DNA of 64,000 nt from positions 1 to 64,000 of IMG/VR virus record IMGVR_UViG_3300045988_152778; one strand, written 5' to 3'. The stretch comes from a virus. Below are positions 25,802 to 34,755 of this stretch, in pieces. Each line of letters opens with the position of its first letter. The stretch's first letter is position 1. The position numbers and the translations under genes are program-made. The notes under the pieces were generated by a model that saw only the letters and a list, made by a program, of their open reading frames with translations, ran no database searches and was not told the DNA's origin.

Positions 25802-26176
25802 ATGGGATTTTTGGGTTCATTTCTTGGTCTGATTGGTGCTTCGGCGGTGTTTGTTGGAGCCGATGTTAAAGAGCGTTGGGACGAAATAGATAGAGAGCGG
25901 CAGCGCATTGCGGCAAATCCCGCACCGCCTCCGGAGATGAGGGGAAATTTAAGAGATAAATATGAATCTGAATGGCACAGAGGCGATAACACTCACTTCC
26001 CGGAAGAATATCTTCCAGCTCTTGAGAGCGATCCAGAGGTACTTTACTGGTGGATTGAGCTTCTTGCAGAGCGTGAGATAAGGCGTCAGGGTTACCGCGG
26101 TTATCCTATCAGTATTCAGGGCAATTTCAATCGAGTGTATAATGCTTGGAAGGAGCGTCAGAATTGGGTCAGATAA
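25802..26176 (+). CDS. Small membrane protein (124 aa)
   Basis: ATG after GAAAGGAG-N10. N-terminal TM MGFLGSFLGLIGASAVFVGA. Confidence 0.5.
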   Translation: MGFLGSFLGLIGASAVFVGADVKERWDEIDRERQRIAANPAPPPEMRGNLRDKYESEWHRGDNTHFPEEYLPALESDPEVLYWWIELLAEREIRRQGYRGYPISIQGNFNRVYNAWKERQNWVR

Positions 26177-27117
26177 CCAGTGTTGATGTTAATAAAGACA
26201 TACTTATTGATAGTCTGAAAGCCCAGAACGCAAGACTAAAAAAGCTCCTCCGCGAAACAGCAGAAGAGCGAGATAGATATAAATCCTTGTGGGAAACAAA
26301 TCGGATTCAAAATGAATTTTCAGAAAAGGAGCGAAAAGCAAATCGGCGATTAGAACAAGAGAAAAAGCAAGAGCGGCTGTTGTCCGGTGTAAAATCGGAT
26401 GGCGTTCCGGTAGCTCATGCGGCGGATTCGATTCGTTCCTATGATGAAATGTGTGTTGTACTGGATAAGCTCAAAAACACAGGACGAATGGGAATACGAA
26501 ACTGGGCTATGTTCCGTTGCGGCATTTGCTTCGGTCTTAGAGCAAGCGACCTCGTTAAATTAAAATGGGGTTGGATCATGGACGACGACGGCGAGTTCAG
26601 AGACCGTATACCCGTAGTCGAGAGCAAGACATCTAAAATCAATCGGTGTTTCATATCCGATGCGATAAAGGAAACGCTTACAGAATATCGCAAGTGGCTC
26701 GGCGGACGCAACTGTTCTCCCGATGATTATATCTTCTCGAAGAACAACGGCGGGAGACTACAGGAGCAAAGCTATTCACGATATCTCAAAAGCGCGGGAA
26801 AGGAAGCGGGGTTGCCGATACACATCTCGTCTCACACCATGAGGAAATCATTTGCCAATATAGTGCTGTGTTGTCACGACGGCGGTGCGAATGATTATGC
26901 TATGAGAGACTTACAGGGTATGCTCGGACATTCAGATGTAAGAATTACGATGAGCTACCTCAAAGACACAATCCTCAGATACGACGAAGCGAGAAAGGCG
27001 GTGTCAGATTTCGTCCTCGGAAAGACAGATATAAACGAGCTGGTTACTTCAAAACAGGTCTCCAATAATGAAATTTACGAGCTTTGCAAAGAAATGTTTG
27101 AAAAACAAGTTGCGTAA
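26164..27117 (+). CDS. Second tyrosine recombinase (phage-integrase/Xer-like), TTG start (alternative TTG at 26146)
   Basis: RASDLVKLKW (Arg I box), HISSHTMRKSFA (H-x-x-R box II), LGHSDVRITMSYL (catalytic Tyr region). N-terminal coiled-coil. GGAAGGAG-N8-TTG. Confidence 0.8.
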   Translation: MGQITSVDVNKDILIDSLKAQNARLKKLLRETAEERDRYKSLWETNRIQNEFSEKERKANRRLEQEKKQERLLSGVKSDGVPVAHAADSIRSYDEMCVVLDKLKNTGRMGIRNWAMFRCGICFGLRASDLVKLKWGWIMDDDGEFRDRIPVVESKTSKINRCFISDAIKETLTEYRKWLGGRNCSPDDYIFSKNNGGRLQEQSYSRYLKSAGKEAGLPIHISSHTMRKSFANIVLCCHDGGANDYAMRDLQGMLGHSDVRITMSYLKDTILRYDEARKAVSDFVLGKTDINELVTSKQVSNNEIYELCKEMFEKQVA

Positions 27118-27163
27118 ATTATTTTCATAGTTTTTGGTAAATCAACAAAGTGAGGTGATATAC

Positions 27164-27403
27164 TTGACTCGTAAGAACAAGAGAGCACTCGCGAGAGCTG
27201 CTCGATACATAAACGATAGGGTCGAATTTGCAAACGACATCTTAGATGACGAAGAGGATCGACTCGATGGTTGGGCGGAGAATCTGAAAGGTTCTCAAAA
27301 ACACATGGACGCAGAAGACTTTGTTGAAGATGTCCGCGAACAGTTTGATATAATAACTGATGCGGTAGAAGAAATACGGTCTTTGTGCGGAATAGAAGAC
27401 TAA
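27164..27403 (+). CDS. Small acidic hypothetical protein (79 aa) downstream of the recombinase
   Basis: TTG after GTGAGGTG. (M)TRKNKRALARAARYINDRVEFANDILDDEEDRLDGWAENLKGSQKHMDAEDF... Confidence 0.4.
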   Translation: MTRKNKRALARAARYINDRVEFANDILDDEEDRLDGWAENLKGSQKHMDAEDFVEDVREQFDIITDAVEEIRSLCGIED

Positions 27404-27431
27404 AAAAAAAGAAGACTCCCCACGAAAGGGT

Positions 27432-27454
27432 AAAAGCGTTTGGCGACGGCTTCC
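27432..27454. repeat. 23-bp exact direct repeat, copy 2 (AAAAGCGTTTGGCGACGGCTTCC)
   Basis: Identical to 16478..16500; lies 29 nt after the recombinase-associated small gene. Confidence 0.8.
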
Positions 27455-27590
27455 CAATTCGATGAGGAGGAACGACATTCGTATGCTCTTATACTAAACA
27501 CTGGCGTGTTTTTATAGGGGCATAGTCCTGCCATTGTCATTATAACACAAGGGCGGTTGAATGTCAACGAGAAAATAGGAGGAACTTATT

Positions 27591-27863
27591 GTGCAGAAAC
27601 CTAAAATTGTTTACATTGCCGTTGACGACGACGATTATGAGCTTCCGTTTGCTATGGGCGACACAATGCGAGAGCTCGCCGAAGAGATTGGCGTCTCTAC
27701 TTGGGATATATGGAACTGCGTTAAGAATCGCGGACGCAGTACAACGCCTTTCGATCATACATATCGTGTCGAGAAAGTTAGACTTGCCTCTGACATAGAG
27801 GACATACTCGACTTTGGCACGGACAGAGACATTTACAACATAACAATTAATGCCTATGTATAA
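27591..27863 (+). CDS. Small putative HTH DNA-binding protein (90 aa)
   Basis: GTG after AGGAGG-N8. ...MRELAEEIGVSTWDIWNCVKNRGRS... resembles a helix-turn-helix. Confidence 0.4.
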   Translation: MQKPKIVYIAVDDDDYELPFAMGDTMRELAEEIGVSTWDIWNCVKNRGRSTTPFDHTYRVEKVRLASDIEDILDFGTDRDIYNITINAYV

Positions 27864-28473
27864 GTCAAATTCAAAAATAATAAAAGGTCTTTCGTTTGCT
27901 CTGGTGCTGAGCATAGGAGCGTTTCTTATGGTCGGTAATGCCTTGCCGGTAGAAGCTCCGAGCGCAGAGGTAATTGAAATCGAAACTGAAAACGAATCGG
28001 TTTTGGATTTGAAAACGGAAATTGAATCCGGAACAGAAATCGCCTCTACCACAGAGCAACAAAGACCCACCGATTCAAAGACAAAATACGACGAAATAAT
28101 TGCCGAGATTGCCGAGAAGTACGGTGTCCCGGCGGCTCTTATCAAGGCGGTTATCAAAACGGAAAGCAATTTTAATCCGACTTTGATTAGCGCAACCAAC
28201 GACTACGGTTTGATGCAAATCAACGCTTGTAATGTATCGTGGCTTACAGACGAGTTGGGTATCACAGATTTATTCGATCCAGCACAGAACATCGAAAGCG
28301 GCGTGTACATCCTTAGCGGGTATCTGAAGCGCTATTCACTTGCAGATGCGCTGATGGCTTACAACTGCGGCGAGGGTGGAGCAAAACGCCTATGGAAACA
28401 GGATATTCACTCTACTCACTACACGAAAAGGGTATTGAAAAACTTGGATGAATTTGGAGGACTTTATGAATAG
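27850..28473 (+). CDS. Secreted or membrane-anchored lytic transglycosylase (SLT domain)
   Basis: N-terminal hydrophobic anchor. SLT signature ...IKTESNFNPTLISATNDYGLMQIN... (E-S-x-F-N-P ... G-L-M-Q-I). Confidence 0.75.
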   Translation: MPMYKSNSKIIKGLSFALVLSIGAFLMVGNALPVEAPSAEVIEIETENESVLDLKTEIESGTEIASTTEQQRPTDSKTKYDEIIAEIAEKYGVPAALIKAVIKTESNFNPTLISATNDYGLMQINACNVSWLTDELGITDLFDPAQNIESGVYILSGYLKRYSLADALMAYNCGEGGAKRLWKQDIHSTHYTKRVLKNLDEFGGLYE

Positions 28474-28702
28474 ACATAAATGTTTTGCGGACAGAGGAAG
28501 CTGTTGTGCTGTGCTTACAGAAAAGCTGTGCGAATATGGCGGGTGCCGGTTCTACAAGACCGAACAGCAACTCTACAACGAAAGGCAGTTTGTAGACAGA
28601 TACATACAGAAGAAATACGGAGTTAGCCGTAGGGAATATGTGAGAAGCAAATATGGCAGTGAGCTTTTGAAGTATAGGAGGAGAAGAAATGAGGAAGTCT
28701 AA
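28466..28702 (+). CDS. Small Cys-rich basic protein (78 aa)
   Basis: ATG after GGAGGA-N6. MNRHKCFADRGSCCAVLTEKLCEYGGCRFYKTEQ... Confidence 0.45.
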   Translation: MNRHKCFADRGSCCAVLTEKLCEYGGCRFYKTEQQLYNERQFVDRYIQKKYGVSRREYVRSKYGSELLKYRRRRNEEV

Positions 28703-28925
28703 GCTTCTCACTCTAATAGCTCACGAGGTTGTGTCTCGGAAATGTGTAAACAACATAGAGTTTGTCGGCTATGTTGCTCGGTGCAGTCAGTGTGGCGAAC
28801 CAATAGCAATCTACTATAAACTCGACGACGAGCTGAGGGTTTCGATTTTGCCGAGATTCAAAAGATATAAGGAACAGATAGAAAACAAATTAAGGAAAGG
28901 AAATGATTTATCAAGTGGAAAATAA
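28689..28925 (+). CDS. Small protein with CxxC zinc-ribbon (78 aa)
   Basis: ...VSRKCVNN...ARCSQCGEPIAIYY... Confidence 0.4.
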   Translation: MRKSKLLTLIAHEVVSRKCVNNIEFVGYVARCSQCGEPIAIYYKLDDELRVSILPRFKRYKEQIENKLRKGNDLSSGK

Positions 28926-29706
28926 AATGACATTATTTACGAACGAAGAGCTTGGAAATGTTAGGGCTTTGGAGATCGACGGCGAGCCGTATTTCGTCGG
29001 CAAGGATGTCGCCGAGATACTCGGATATAGTAATCCGCGAAAAGCAATCGGCGACCACGTAGACGATGAAGATAAAACCGATGGGGTAACGATTCGTGAC
29101 TCCATCGGTAGGGAGCAAAAACCCATAATCATCAACGAGTCAGGTCTTTACAGCCTTATCCTCTCAAGCAAACTCCCGAAAGCCAAAGAGTTCAAGCGCT
29201 GGGTAACGGCGGAAGTGCTTCCAGCAATCCGCAAAACAGGCGGCTATGTAAACGATACGAAACAGTTCGTCGATTACTACTTTGCGGACTGCAATACATA
29301 TGGGCGAGAAGCTATTACGCTTATGCTCAACGAAACAAAACGAATGGCAAATCAGCTAAAGGCTCAGGCTCCGAAGGTGCTGTTTGCCGAAGCAGTAGAA
29401 GGCTCGAAGACATCTATTCCAGTCGGCGACCTTGCGAAGATTATAAAGCAGAACGGCGTCGATATTGAACAGAATCGTCTCTTCTCGTGGCTGAGAATGA
29501 ACGACTATCTGATAAAGTCGGGTGACAGACGAAATATGCCAACACAGAAATCTATGGATTTGGGGTTATTTGAGGTTAAGATATCAACCTATTATCGACC
29601 CGACGGCACGGTAGATATTACGAAGACTCCAAAGGTTACGGGCAAGGGTCAGACCTACCTTATTAATAAGTTTTTGTCAAGCGCGAGAGGAGTAGAGTCG
29701 GCATAA
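28903..29706 (+). CDS. Intact Bro-N/KilA-C phage antirepressor
   Basis: Bro-N: FTNEELGNVRALEIDGEPYFVGKDVAEILGYSNPRKAIGDHV...KRWVTAEVLPAIRKTGGY. KilA-C: ...KVLFAEAVEGSKTSIPVGDLAKIIKQNGVDIEQNRLFSWLRMNDYLIK...YYRPDGTVDITKTPKVTGKGQTYL. Paralog of the frameshifted copy at 7823..8588. Confidence 0.85.
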   Translation: MIYQVENKMTLFTNEELGNVRALEIDGEPYFVGKDVAEILGYSNPRKAIGDHVDDEDKTDGVTIRDSIGREQKPIIINESGLYSLILSSKLPKAKEFKRWVTAEVLPAIRKTGGYVNDTKQFVDYYFADCNTYGREAITLMLNETKRMANQLKAQAPKVLFAEAVEGSKTSIPVGDLAKIIKQNGVDIEQNRLFSWLRMNDYLIKSGDRRNMPTQKSMDLGLFEVKISTYYRPDGTVDITKTPKVTGKGQTYLINKFLSSARGVESA

Positions 29707-29774
29707 TTAAAATTCTTATAGGCGGTAGTCCTTGTACTAAGTGGAGTATCGCTCAGAAAAACGGAAGAGAAGTT

Positions 29775-30845
29775 TTGCCTGAAGGTGTCGGTTGGGAGCT
29801 GTTCGAGAACTATCGGATAGCGAAAGATAAATTCCAGCCCGACATCTTTTTATATGAGAATAACAAGTCGGCGGCTCAGTCGATAAAAGACGCGATTTAC
29901 TCTGCTCTTGGTGGGGGCAAAGACTCATCAGTCCGGCTTACGCATATAAATAGCGCGTTGGTTTCGGCACAACATCGTGAGAGGTTTTATGTTACGAATT
30001 TTGGCGACATAGAACAACCGAAAGACAGAGGAATTTTGTTACGCACTGTACTTGAGACTGACCGGGCTACCGACCAGTTTAATTATTATAGGCTTGAATC
30101 GGTTGTACCAATCAACACTACCGCCGGCGGCAAAGCAAGGACTGTTAAGGCTCAATATCATCATAGCTCTATGGCTAACTTTGTTACAAATGGAGGTTAT
30201 CCCGCAACTGCGGTTGCAATGCCGATACGCATAGGAACTATAGAGAGCAATGTAGAAAATAAGTCGCACGACAGCAAACAATATCGTGTATATAGTCCCG
30301 ACGGAAAAGCAACTACGCTTTGTGGACAAGGCGGCGGAGTCGGCGCAAAAACTGGATTGTATGCTGTTCCTGTTGGCGGTAAAGGAAAGGAACTCCCCGT
30401 TTATGAGGTTAGAGATGGGCTTATAACTATCAAGGACAAACAATACCCGATTGAGCTCGCCGATGGCTATTACCTTATACGAAAGCTTACACCGTTAGAA
30501 TGTGAAAGACTGCAAACTCTTCCGGACGGTTATACGAGCGGAGTTAGTGATACTCAGCGATATCGTGCTATCGGCAACGGGTGGACGGCAGAGGTTATTA
30601 TACATATCTTGAATCATGCTCTTAAAGACATCCCGAGAGACGAAGAGCTTGTAGTCTTGTCACTTTACGACGGTATAGCAACCGGTCGGTATTGCTTGGA
30701 TAAAATGGGCTTTACGAATGTCAAGTATTATGCTTATGAAATAGACCCTTATGCGCAAAAAATAGCGATGTCAAATTACCCGGATATCGTGTGGTGCGGA
30801 GATGCGTTTCGGGTTAGGGATGATGATTGGAAAATTCCAGACTAA
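29775..30845 (+). CDS. DNA (cytosine-5)-methyltransferase with circularly permuted motif order (IV-VI-VIII-TRD-IX-X-I-II-III); possibly rearranged or non-functional
   Basis: Reading frame opens at 29670 just after the antirepressor stop. The catalytic IGGSPCTKWSIAQK (motif IV, PC dipeptide) is at 29721..29760 with no ATG/GTG/TTG upstream. The first canonical start, TTG 29775, lies after the PC motif. Then LYENN (VI), QHRERFYV (VIII), RKLTPLECERLQTLPDGYT (IX), QRYRAIGNGWTAEVI (X). The same ORF ends with VVLSLYDGIATG (I), YAYEID (II), GDAFRV (III)...DDWKIPD-stop. Confidence 0.55.
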   Translation: MPEGVGWELFENYRIAKDKFQPDIFLYENNKSAAQSIKDAIYSALGGGKDSSVRLTHINSALVSAQHRERFYVTNFGDIEQPKDRGILLRTVLETDRATDQFNYYRLESVVPINTTAGGKARTVKAQYHHSSMANFVTNGGYPATAVAMPIRIGTIESNVENKSHDSKQYRVYSPDGKATTLCGQGGGVGAKTGLYAVPVGGKGKELPVYEVRDGLITIKDKQYPIELADGYYLIRKLTPLECERLQTLPDGYTSGVSDTQRYRAIGNGWTAEVIIHILNHALKDIPRDEELVVLSLYDGIATGRYCLDKMGFTNVKYYAYEIDPYAQKIAMSNYPDIVWCGDAFRVRDDDWKIPD

Positions 30846-30894
30846 AAGGAATCGGGTTTTGATTTGAAAAATGAAAATGAAAAGGGGAGATGAA

Positions 30895-31497
30895 ATGGCT
30901 CAGGATTGGAGCGGCGATGCAAACTCTGTGTACAAAATTATCGGGGCGTCTAACCACTCAAACGAAAACAGGGCAGACGACGACTACTACGCGACTGACC
31001 CGAAGGCAGTTGAAGAGCTGCTGAAAAGAGAGAAATTTTCTCACTATGTGTGGGAACCTTGTTGTGGTGGAGGACACATATCAAAAGTGTTGGAAGCTCA
31101 TGGCTACGACGTTCTGTCGAGTGACATTGTGGATAGGGGTTGTCCAAATACATATGTGGCGGACTTCTTAAGTGTTGCTCCCCCTGTTGAGTGTATATCA
31201 CGCGATATAATCACAAACCCGCCGTACAAACGTGCCAAGAAATTCATAGAGAAAGCTTTGGAGATATCTATGGATTCAACTAAGATAGCGATGTTCCTAA
31301 AAACTACTTTTCTCGAAAGCAAAGGACGAAGAGAGTTTTTTCGTGAGAATCCGCCAAAATATGTATATGTTTTTTCAGACAGAATGAAGTGTGCCCCAAA
31401 CGGCGATTTTAGCAAAATAAAGTCGAGCGCAATATCGTATGCGTGGTTTATTTGGGAAAAGGGGTTCAAGGGCGAACCGAAAATTAGATGGATATAA
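30895..31497 (+). CDS. N6-adenine (or N4-cytosine) DNA methyltransferase, small type
   Basis: VWEPCCGGGHIS (SAM-binding motif I) and IITNPPYK ((D/N)PPY catalytic motif IV). ATG after AAAGGGGAGATGAA. Confidence 0.75.
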   Translation: MAQDWSGDANSVYKIIGASNHSNENRADDDYYATDPKAVEELLKREKFSHYVWEPCCGGGHISKVLEAHGYDVLSSDIVDRGCPNTYVADFLSVAPPVECISRDIITNPPYKRAKKFIEKALEISMDSTKIAMFLKTTFLESKGRREFFRENPPKYVYVFSDRMKCAPNGDFSKIKSSAISYAWFIWEKGFKGEPKIRWI

Positions 31498-31515
31498 AAT
31501 CAGGGAGGAAATCAA

Positions 31516-32412
31516 ATGATATTTAATATTGTAATGATGGTTATAGCTGCGGTTCTTGCGGCTGTAGGTGTGATTTTAGCTTACAAAGAGATAGAATACG
31601 GAGACGACATTCCGGTGGCAATTCCTATAGTAAGTTTTGTGTTGGCGATATGTCTGTTTGTACTCTCAGCTTCAGCGGCTATTGTGCCGACCGGATATAC
31701 GGGAGTGAGAACGACGCTCGGTCAGATAAGCGACCAGCCTGTACATAGTGGTTTCAACTGGAAAGTGCCCATTGTTCAGAGCATAAAGCTCGTAAATAAC
31801 AAACAGCAGGACGCGCAGTTCGGCGGCGACAAAATCTGGTCGGAGACTGAAAGCAGAACAGCAATTTACTACGCAGACGTGACCGTTACTTATCAGATTA
31901 ACCCCGACAGGTCGGCGTGGATCTACGCTAATGTCTCGGATTACAAAAAATCTCTGGTGTCCGAAAACATAGTTGCTTCGGCTATTAAATCCAGTAGCAA
32001 AGTGCTTAGCGATACCGACGCGACGAACCGCTCGATAGTTGAGCCTCTGATAATGAAAAATCTTCAGGCTTCTATAGACGAGAAGTACGGCGAGGATGTT
32101 GTTGCGATACTCAAAGTGACGGTAAACGACATTGACTTTGACGAGTCATATCAGGCGGCGATAGCAGCAAAACAGCAGGCTCAGCTTGCGGCAGAACAGC
32201 AGGAAATCGAAAATAAAAAGGCTGTGGATAAGGCAAAGGCAGACGCAGAGGCGAAGCTTATAAAATCTAAGGCTGAAGCTGAAGCAAATGACACTCTTGA
32301 GAAGTCTCTGACGGATAAGATTCTTAAAGAAAAATACATAGAGAGGTGGGACGGAAAGCTCCCGAGTGTGATGACCGGCGACGATGGAAGTTCGATAATG
32401 ATTCAAAAGTAA
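31516..32412 (+). CDS. SPFH/Band-7 (stomatin/prohibitin/HflC-like) membrane protein
   Basis: Two N-terminal TM helices, then VPTGYTGVRTTLGQISDQPVHSGFNWKVPIVQSIKLVNNKQQD (SPFH core), then a long Ala/Glu/Lys coiled-coil. Confidence 0.7.
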   Translation: MIFNIVMMVIAAVLAAVGVILAYKEIEYGDDIPVAIPIVSFVLAICLFVLSASAAIVPTGYTGVRTTLGQISDQPVHSGFNWKVPIVQSIKLVNNKQQDAQFGGDKIWSETESRTAIYYADVTVTYQINPDRSAWIYANVSDYKKSLVSENIVASAIKSSSKVLSDTDATNRSIVEPLIMKNLQASIDEKYGEDVVAILKVTVNDIDFDESYQAAIAAKQQAQLAAEQQEIENKKAVDKAKADAEAKLIKSKAEAEANDTLEKSLTDKILKEKYIERWDGKLPSVMTGDDGSSIMIQK

Positions 32413-32423
32413 GGAGGGAATGA

Positions 32424-34658
32424 ATGAGGGTATTACTGTTGTTGCGCGGTAGTGCTGGGTGTGGTAAGTCAACATGGATTGAACAAAATGGACTTGAACC
32501 CTATACACTATCCGCCGACGAGATAAGGTTGATGTACGCTTCGCCCACTTTAAATGTTTGTGGTGAAGAGTGTATAAGTCAGTTAAATGACACTAAGGTC
32601 TGGAAGACACTCTTTCAGATTCTTGAGTCTCGAATGGAGCGAGGAGAGTTCACCGTTATTGACGCGACGAACTCCAAAACTTCCGAGATGAAGCGCTATG
32701 CGGAGCTTTGTAACCGTTATCGCTATAGGATTTATTGTGTAGACTTTACCGACATTCCTATTGAGGAAACCAAAAGGCGAAATAAAATGCGACCTATAGT
32801 TAAACAGGTTCCTGAAACGGCAATCGACAATATGTACGCTCGTTTCGCTACTCAGAAAATTCCGTCGGGGATAACCGTTATAAAACCGGATGAACTTTCA
32901 AGAGTGTGGTTCAAACCTATGGATGTTTCGAAATACGATGCGGTTCACTTTGTTGGAGATGTTCATGGCTGCTATACGGCACTCAAAGAAGCAATCGGGG
33001 ATGTAACTGAGAAACCTAATGAGCTGTTTGTGTTCTGCGGAGACTATACTGACAGAGGAGTTGAAAATGCAGAGGTAGTAAAGGAGCTTCTTCGCATCTA
33101 TAAAGAACCGAATGTATATCTCATAGAGGGAAATCATGAGAAACATATGTGGGTTTGGGCTAATGACGGAACTACCGGGTCAAAAGAGTTTGAGATGCAT
33201 ACAAGAGCTCAGCTTGAAAGCGCTTCTTTTACTAAAAAGGATGTTCGCAAACTTTACAGAAGTTTCGGGCAATGCGCCTATTATATATATCGTGGCAAAA
33301 CTATATTGGCTACACACGGTGGTCTTAGTACGCTGCCCAACAATCTCACGCTGGTAGCTACCGACCAAATGATTAAAGGCTCCGGGAATTATAGCGACGC
33401 CGATGTTGTTGATCAGTCTTTCTGTGAAAACACTGACGCTTATCAGGTGCATGGGCACAGAAATCTTAAAGGAAATCCCATTCAGGCTTGCAGAGCCTTC
33501 AATCTTGAGGGGAATGTTGAGTTTGGAGGCTCTATAAGAGTTGTTAGTTTTGTTGGCAATGAGATAAAGGTGAGCGAGTTTAAAAACAATATATATTTAC
33601 CGACTGAAGAGAGAATTGATTATACTGCAAAGATAAAAAAGAACGAGTCTGTTGCAGATGCTATTCTGGCTCTGAGAGGTAATAAGCAGGTAGTCGAGAA
33701 GCAGTTCGGTGATATCTCGTCTTTTAACTTCTCAAAACAGGCTTTCTTTGACAAGATATGGGATGAGCAGACGATTAGGGCACGAGGTTTGTATATCAAC
33801 ATTCCCAAAGGAAAAATAGTCGCAAGAGGCTATACAAAGTTCTTTAATGTAAACGAGCGACCGGAGACAAAATTTGATATGTTACAGCACAAGCTTAAGT
33901 TTCCTGTAACTGCGTATGTTAAAGAAAACGGGTTTCTCGGGTTAGTTTCATATAACGAGATAGATGATTCGCTGTTTGTTACAACGAAATCTAATCCGGA
34001 TGGTAATTATGCATCGTGGCTTAAAGAGATGATAGATAAGAAAATCCCTGTTGATACACAGCAGAAAATGAAAGAATTTTCAAGGGAGAACAATGTAACA
34101 TTTGTGTTTGAGTGTATTGATATGCAGAGAGATCCACACATAATTGATTATCCGGAAAATCATCTTTTCTTGCTTGATATTGTTTACAACGAGTTGAAGT
34201 TCAAAAAGTTCAGTTATGACGAGCTTATAAGTGTTGCAGACAAGTTCGGGCTCGAACACAAAGAGCGAGCTGTCGTAATTAACGATTGGCAGACATTCTT
34301 CGATTGGTATTACACAGTCACAGCACCTGATTATCTGTATAACAACAGGCATATAGAGGGATTTGTCGTCGAAGATGCCGACGGTTATATGGTTAAGCTT
34401 AAACTTGCTTACTATAATCTCTGGAAATACCTTCGCGGCGTTTCCTACAAGGTTCTTAGACGCGGACATCTTGATGGCAAGGAAACTTCGTCTCTTACAA
34501 CGTCATTAATGAATCAGTATTATGCGTGGCTTAAACGAATTTACGCAGAAACAGAGGATAAAGAGTCGATACCGCGTGATATCTGCTCGCTTAGAAAACT
34601 ATTCTACGCATCGGACGAAGGAAGAAATTTTACAAAGGAGGAAAGCAATAATGATTGA
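32424..34658 (+). CDS. Pnkp-like trifunctional RNA repair enzyme: P-loop polynucleotide kinase + calcineurin-type phosphoesterase + ATP-dependent ligase-like nucleotidyltransferase
   Basis: N-terminus LLLRGSAGCGKST (Walker A). Middle HFVGDVHGCY...FCGDYTDRG...IEGNHE...ATHGG...HGH (binuclear metallophosphoesterase set). C-terminal domain with a ligase motif-I-like AYVKENGFLG (K-x-N-G). Same domain order as the Clostridium thermocellum Pnkp RNA-repair protein (from memory). Confidence 0.6.
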   Translation: MRVLLLLRGSAGCGKSTWIEQNGLEPYTLSADEIRLMYASPTLNVCGEECISQLNDTKVWKTLFQILESRMERGEFTVIDATNSKTSEMKRYAELCNRYRYRIYCVDFTDIPIEETKRRNKMRPIVKQVPETAIDNMYARFATQKIPSGITVIKPDELSRVWFKPMDVSKYDAVHFVGDVHGCYTALKEAIGDVTEKPNELFVFCGDYTDRGVENAEVVKELLRIYKEPNVYLIEGNHEKHMWVWANDGTTGSKEFEMHTRAQLESASFTKKDVRKLYRSFGQCAYYIYRGKTILATHGGLSTLPNNLTLVATDQMIKGSGNYSDADVVDQSFCENTDAYQVHGHRNLKGNPIQACRAFNLEGNVEFGGSIRVVSFVGNEIKVSEFKNNIYLPTEERIDYTAKIKKNESVADAILALRGNKQVVEKQFGDISSFNFSKQAFFDKIWDEQTIRARGLYINIPKGKIVARGYTKFFNVNERPETKFDMLQHKLKFPVTAYVKENGFLGLVSYNEIDDSLFVTTKSNPDGNYASWLKEMIDKKIPVDTQQKMKEFSRENNVTFVFECIDMQRDPHIIDYPENHLFLLDIVYNELKFKKFSYDELISVADKFGLEHKERAVVINDWQTFFDWYYTVTAPDYLYNNRHIEGFVVEDADGYMVKLKLAYYNLWKYLRGVSYKVLRRGHLDGKETSSLTTSLMNQYYAWLKRIYAETEDKESIPRDICSLRKLFYASDEGRNFTKEESNND

Positions 34659-34755
34659 CGCATTTCTTTTTAACATTCTTAATCTGATTGGTCTTTATGG
34701 TAAAGCAATTCTTGTGTTCATCGAGAAAATACTTGGACTGTAAGGTGGTGAAACT

